A DNA stretch of 64,000 nucleotides from Caldilineaceae bacterium (lineage in GTDB: Bacteria > Chloroflexota > Anaerolineae > Caldilineales > Caldilineaceae): the NCBI GenBank assembly GCA_046328715.1, contig JAXLWB010000053.1, positions 1 through 64,000 on the forward strand, written 5' to 3'. The translations under genes were made by a program, and so were the position numbers. Under the pieces are notes generated by a model that was not told where the DNA came from, ran no database searches, and was given only the letters and a program-made list of their open reading frames with translations. Positions 59,711-64,000 of the stretch are shown piece by piece; the first letter of the stretch is position 1; each line of letters opens with the position of its first letter.

Positions 59711-60475
59711 TTACCAGCGAATAATGAACGAAAAGGACTGAAATGGAACCGGCCCTGTGCTTTCGTTTGGAGTATTGTTGAGCATCATCGGTAGACCTGT
59801 CTCGCTGTCAAGCCACAATTCAACCGTACTGTCCGCCGTTGTGTATTGATAGCCATCTGCCAATCGGGTCATGGCCTCTTCGCCTAGAAATTCAAACTGA
59901 GTGGCAATCTCTTTTTGCCCTAAGCTTATGAATGAACTAAAGACTGGATTGGGATCGACGGAGAAGAGGAATGGTTGATTTGAGAATTGAGGTGACTCGG
60001 GTAGAACACTTGCAATCAATTGAAAGAAGAGATTGCAAGGAGAAAATTGCATCGCATCGGCTGACGCAGGGTTTGGGAGTCGACGACTGCCTGCCTGAGT
60101 CTGTGCACACTCATAAGCAATATTTTTCGGATTGGCCATACTGTGAACATAACCGTGTAGCTCATTCACGTTGAGCACTGAATAGTCAATCCACACCATA
60201 GGCAGCCCCATTGCGATAGAGGCAAAGCTGCTGGAGTAGGGCTGCGTAGGTGAGAAAATCATCTGTCCGGCAACCGTTACGATTTCACGAATTTCGCTCT
60301 CTTCGTTTACCTGCTCGTTGTTGATAGAAGTGGCAACCGCAGGTGTAGGTTGTTCTCCGGGTAAGGCTTCGTTGGCTAGATCGGCGGCTGGTTGAATTGG
60401 CTGGCATGCGGTTATTACCATGATAAACGTTATAGTGGTCACAAAACGTAGAAGTCGAGACGTCGCATCTTTCAT
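59711..60475 (-). CDS. Lipoprotein, unknown function
   Basis: Start placed at the internal Met (MKDATSRLLRFVTTITFIMVITAC, lipobox ITAC). Confidence 0.45.
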   Translation of the reverse strand: MKDATSRLLRFVTTITFIMVITACQPIQPAADLANEALPGEQPTPAVATSINNEQVNEESEIREIVTVAGQMIFSPTQPYSSSFASIAMGLPMVWIDYSVLNVNELHGYVHSMANPKNIAYECAQTQAGSRRLPNPASADAMQFSPCNLFFQLIASVLPESPQFSNQPFLFSVDPNPVFSSFISLGQKEIATQFEFLGEEAMTRLADGYQYTTADSTVELWLDSETGLPMMLNNTPNESTGPVPFQSFSFIIRW

Positions 60476-60979
60476 AACTCGTTCCAATGAAGACAGATAA
60501 TGAATTACATAGAAATCGAACCCTTGCGAAAATCGGTCTTGCCAAGCCAAACATTGATCAGCACAGGTTTGCCACTGCGGGCTAGTTCTGTACCAAGTGT
60601 AGCGTCTAAGCTGTGCGTTTGCAAGTTGCTTGTCCATCGGGCTAAATCACTTTTTCATCGCTCCACCCATAGAGGTAGGTGTCAACCTGCTTGACGCGCT
60701 GCGCAAGTTGTGGATGGTGGATAGTCTTATGCTATCCACCATCCACAAAACTTACTCTGTTTGTATGACTCTTTCGCCCTCAAAGAATTCAGGCCTGGGT
60801 GCAGCGAAGGAGTTCACCAAAAGTGGTGAAGAATCCTTTTTCATTTGACAAAAACAGGTGAACCGCGAGGGCGTTAATGATTGCCGTTTTGTTGGCGCAC
60901 TCCCTACACACGTATAAGGAGCGTGGATTGAAACACATAAGGCACTTTCCGCGAAAGTTACATGGCATGGTTGATTTTA

Positions 60980-63900
60980 TCAGCGAAGCACCAGTGGCAG
61001 GAACTGCTGGTGCTTGCTAGCGACCGCAACGACTTGAAAACTACGTTCTACTGCCAGTGCTGGTGCAAACTGCCCATCTCCCGACTGTTGGGCAACCAAC
61101 GTACAACTCCCCAGCGCGCTCAGCGAAACGATCCACCCCTGCCTGCTCTCTTTCACTATGCAGACACTTGGTGTCTTGCTGATCACTTGAACCCGCAGCC
61201 CAGAGGACGCCACTACATCCAAGAGTAAGGGCGCGCCGCCAACTATCTGATTTGCCAAGATCGGCATGCTAAGCGACTGACTGCGCCGCGGCAACACTAC
61301 CAACTCGCCTGACGATCCGCCACCTGGTGCTGGGTTGATCACCTGAACTACGCCGCCACTGTTTAACTCGGCCTCGCTCACCACCAGGTTGATCTGCGTG
61401 GCATCGACCACGCTGGCCACCCGACTCTGTTTGTTGAAGAAGGTCTGCGCACCGTTCATCAGATTCTCCCCATAGAGCGAGAGCAGCCACTGCCCGCCAT
61501 TCAATTCTGCCGAAGCGTTATAGAGGAGAGGCAAGGGATTGTCACCTGGCTTGAGCACGCGGAACGCCGCCGGGATCGATAGCCCGGCTCCCTCGTTGTA
61601 AACCGTGATCGCAGCCTCACTGGCACTGGCGAGATCGCTCTTTGCAATCGTCGCCAGCAGCGTGTTAGCGTTGACGACCGTGGTCGGCCGCGGCTCGCCA
61701 TTCCACAACAAAACGGAGCGCACATCCAACCGATCGACAAAGTTAGCTCCGCTAATGGTGAGTTGCAACTCCTCGCTGCCAGCCGTAATAGCTACAGGCT
61801 CTATTGTTTGAATGGATGGCAAGGTCACCTCTCCCGCCGCGACACTTTCAAAACGGAAGATTGCCGAGGTCGGTGCGACAAGTGTGGCATTGAGCCCGGC
61901 CGCCACTATCTCGGCGCTAGGTCGATTGACCACCGTGATTGCCAGTGGTCCCGGCTCGCTCACCGCACCAGGGGCTAGGATCGCTACTAGCGTCGTGGCG
62001 TTGACAAAGGTGGTGGGCAAGGGCGAAGCGTTGAGTTGGAGTTGCGACTGGGCAGTAAAGTTGGCTCCTTTCACCAACAGCGATGTCTCCTCGCTCAACG
62101 TGGCAACCAACGCCGCCGGATTTATGCTCTCAATCGAGGGCGTTGGCAATTGGTCGGGCGTTGTGATGGTAAACTGGCGAGCGGCTGAATCGTCACCACC
62201 CGGTTGAGAGGTGCGTACCTGTACGTTGATCACTCCAGCATTGGCAAGCTGCCCAGCAGAGATCAGCGCTTTTAAGTGCCAGCCATCGACAAATGTCGTG
62301 GGCAGGGGTGTCCCATTCCAAATAACCTGTGAATCAGGGTAGAAGTTGCGCCCGTTGACAGTGAGGATCAAATCGCCGCTATTGACCTGCGCCGATGCGG
62401 GGGAGATGGTTGCCAGCGTTGGTTGTTTGCGCAGGCTGGCAAAGCTCTGAATACCCTGACCTTGGCGCAATGCCACATAAACATCACGATCATCGGGGCT
62501 GCTGGCGATGCGCACAGGCATGTCGAAGTTGGCTCCAGTGTTGGCAATGTTGTGGCTCTCAACAAAGGTCACTTCGCCGGTCTTGACATTGCGGGCGTAG
62601 ACCTGCAAAGCATCGCCCTCGTAGAGGCTCAGCAACAGCCGCTCACCCGCCGGGTCGTGGCTGATCAGTGTGGCGAAGGCACCGTTGAGATTGGGAACGG
62701 TTTGCACCAGTTGCAGGCTGCCATCACTATCGGAGCGAGCAAAGACATTCAGTGCATCATCGACATAGCTTGGCACATAAAGAAACTTGCCATCAGCACT
62801 GATGCTCATGTTGCCAGGAAAGCGCAAGGTCGTCAACCCCTCTTTCTCATCCTCGTAGCTGCGCCTATAGCGCAGGCTACCATCTTCGCTGCGCGCAAAG
62901 ACGTTGATGGTGTTGGCTTGGCGGGCTGAGATGTATAGATGCTTGCCATCTGGGCTGACGATCACATCCCCGGCTCCTGCCAATACCGGCCCACCGTTGA
63001 TCGTGTTGGTAAAGCTCTGCGCTGGATAGAATTTGGCTGGGTCATTGGGGTTGCGTTGCAACACAGTCAACGTTCCATCCATTGCAGCGGCTACATAGAG
63101 TTGCTGATCATCCGGGCTGACCGCTAGAGCAAAAGCACCATCCATCACCCCCACGTAACAAGGGACCGGTTTGCCATTGGTATCTAAGCAAACGGTGATG
63201 GTGTTCTTGGTGATCACTTGCGACTGGCTGAGCGAACCATCCGTGGCGCGGTTCATGATTACCACACCATCCCCCGCCGCACTGGCAAAGAAAACCTGTT
63301 TGCCGTCGCGGCTGAACTCGATATCCATAATCTCATCCATCCCCGCGGGTAAGGCAATTGGCGGCTGTTTGACTAAGTCGCCAGTCGTCGTGTTGCGCAC
63401 AAAGGAACGCACACCATTATCGCCAAAGTGCCCACCCAAAAGCTGCGTTCCGTCTGGGCTGACGGCTACCGACCAGAAGGGAATGCCTGGCGCATCGAAG
63501 AGGTATTCACCCGCGCTCAATTTGGTTGCTTCTGGCTGATAGACCCCAGCGCAGGCGAAGTTGTAGGTCAGCGTCGGAGTGCGCGGATCGTTGCTTTGCA
63601 GTGTCAACGTCTCCTGAAATAGACCCTCGCCGGGCGGTGTGCAAGTGGCGGTAAAGGTTGCTTGTTCGCCGTGGGCCAAGGTAATGGGAGCCAGCGCCTC
63701 TGCCCCGGCTGCCATTACCAGATTTTTCTTGGTTGCGCTGATCTGAATCGCCCCATTGCTGGTCTGGCTGCTCTGTGCCGTCATGTTGACAGGTTGCTGG
63801 CCGCGCCCGGTGATGGTAAAGGACGATTGCGACGAGCCGCCCGGTGGTGTGTCGCCCATCGACGTTGGGCCGGATGGCTGGCTGGGCGAGGCGTGGGCGT

Positions 63901-64000
63901 TGACTGGGTCGGGCTGAACACAGTGTAGCACATACTTGACCAGTGGTTTGTCTTTCAGGTCGGTGTAGAGGCTGAGGTAGGTATAGTAGTCCCCGGGCGA
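60980..64000 (-). CDS. Very large surface protein with lactonase-type beta-propeller repeats and multiple IPT/TIG Ig-like domains; 5' partial (frame open to window end)
   Basis: Repeats of …DG…LYV…(6-phosphogluconolactonase-like); at least 4 IPT/TIG-like units (…ISPASAQVNSGDLILTVNGRNF…WNGTPLPTTFV…); no stop between 63932 and 64000 in frame. Confidence 0.7.
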   Translation of the reverse strand, partial: SPGDYYTYLSLYTDLKDKPLVKYVLHCVQPDPVNAHASPSQPSGPTSMGDTPPGGSSQSSFTITGRGQQPVNMTAQSSQTSNGAIQISATKKNLVMAAGAEALAPITLAHGEQATFTATCTPPGEGLFQETLTLQSNDPRTPTLTYNFACAGVYQPEATKLSAGEYLFDAPGIPFWSVAVSPDGTQLLGGHFGDNGVRSFVRNTTTGDLVKQPPIALPAGMDEIMDIEFSRDGKQVFFASAAGDGVVIMNRATDGSLSQSQVITKNTITVCLDTNGKPVPCYVGVMDGAFALAVSPDDQQLYVAAAMDGTLTVLQRNPNDPAKFYPAQSFTNTINGGPVLAGAGDVIVSPDGKHLYISARQANTINVFARSEDGSLRYRRSYEDEKEGLTTLRFPGNMSISADGKFLYVPSYVDDALNVFARSDSDGSLQLVQTVPNLNGAFATLISHDPAGERLLLSLYEGDALQVYARNVKTGEVTFVESHNIANTGANFDMPVRIASSPDDRDVYVALRQGQGIQSFASLRKQPTLATISPASAQVNSGDLILTVNGRNFYPDSQVIWNGTPLPTTFVDGWHLKALISAGQLANAGVINVQVRTSQPGGDDSAARQFTITTPDQLPTPSIESINPAALVATLSEETSLLVKGANFTAQSQLQLNASPLPTTFVNATTLVAILAPGAVSEPGPLAITVVNRPSAEIVAAGLNATLVAPTSAIFRFESVAAGEVTLPSIQTIEPVAITAGSEELQLTISGANFVDRLDVRSVLLWNGEPRPTTVVNANTLLATIAKSDLASASEAAITVYNEGAGLSIPAAFRVLKPGDNPLPLLYNASAELNGGQWLLSLYGENLMNGAQTFFNKQSRVASVVDATQINLVVSEAELNSGGVVQVINPAPGGGSSGELVVLPRRSQSLSMPILANQIVGGAPLLLDVVASSGLRVQVISKTPSVCIVKESRQGWIVSLSALGSCTLVAQQSGDGQFAPALAVERSFQVVAVASKHQQFLPLVLR

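Noticed and set aside
1-64000. CRISPR arrays, tRNA/rRNA genes, toxin-antitoxin pairs
   Set aside because: I scanned the intergenic regions by eye and found no regularly spaced identical repeats with unique spacers. I also found no GGTTCGAATCC-type T-arm/cloverleaf candidates and no rRNA-like conserved stretches. The only repeats found are short terminator hairpins and the elements listed as features.

Overview
This is a 64-kb chromosomal segment with about 50 protein-coding genes on both strands and roughly 55% GC. I found no rRNA, tRNA, CRISPR array, transposase or integrase. Pro/Thr-rich interdomain linkers, LxxC lipoproteins, Tat signals and a fused cytochrome b6/subunit-IV type bc complex suggest a filamentous Chloroflexota-like bacterium, but that is inference with low confidence. 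Recognisable housekeeping genes are scpA, a Rieske/cytochrome b operon, dtd, typA, an inositol-monophosphatase/HisN-like phosphatase, a D-2-hydroxyacid dehydrogenase and a class-III aminotransferase. The remainder is dominated by envelope and signalling genes. These include a triple Amidase_2 (PGRP) protein, SPFH and flotillin scaffolds, and a PrsW-family intramembrane protease next to a secreted protein with a C-terminal membrane anchor. There is also a DUF58 + transglutaminase pair, an ECF sigma factor, a divergent FHA/winged-helix regulator + Ser/Thr kinase pair, two MFS exporters, a polyamine-type binding protein and a bacterial alpha-2-macroglobulin + PBP1C pair. Two very large surface proteins complete the set. 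Candidate undescribed systems, in order of my interest, are: (i) the translationally compact amidase / ORC-like P-loop NTPase / SPFH triad at 1-4114; (ii) the PrsW-like protease plus adjacent C-terminally anchored secreted protein at 8663-10718, which may be a dedicated processing or sorting pair, with unusual direct and inverted repeats upstream; (iii) a four-gene operon at 45467-49531 where two tandem paralogous unknown proteins are translationally coupled to a GSA-aminomutase-like aminotransferase and a PotD-like binding protein. All functional calls come from motif recognition in the supplied translations; no database search was possible.
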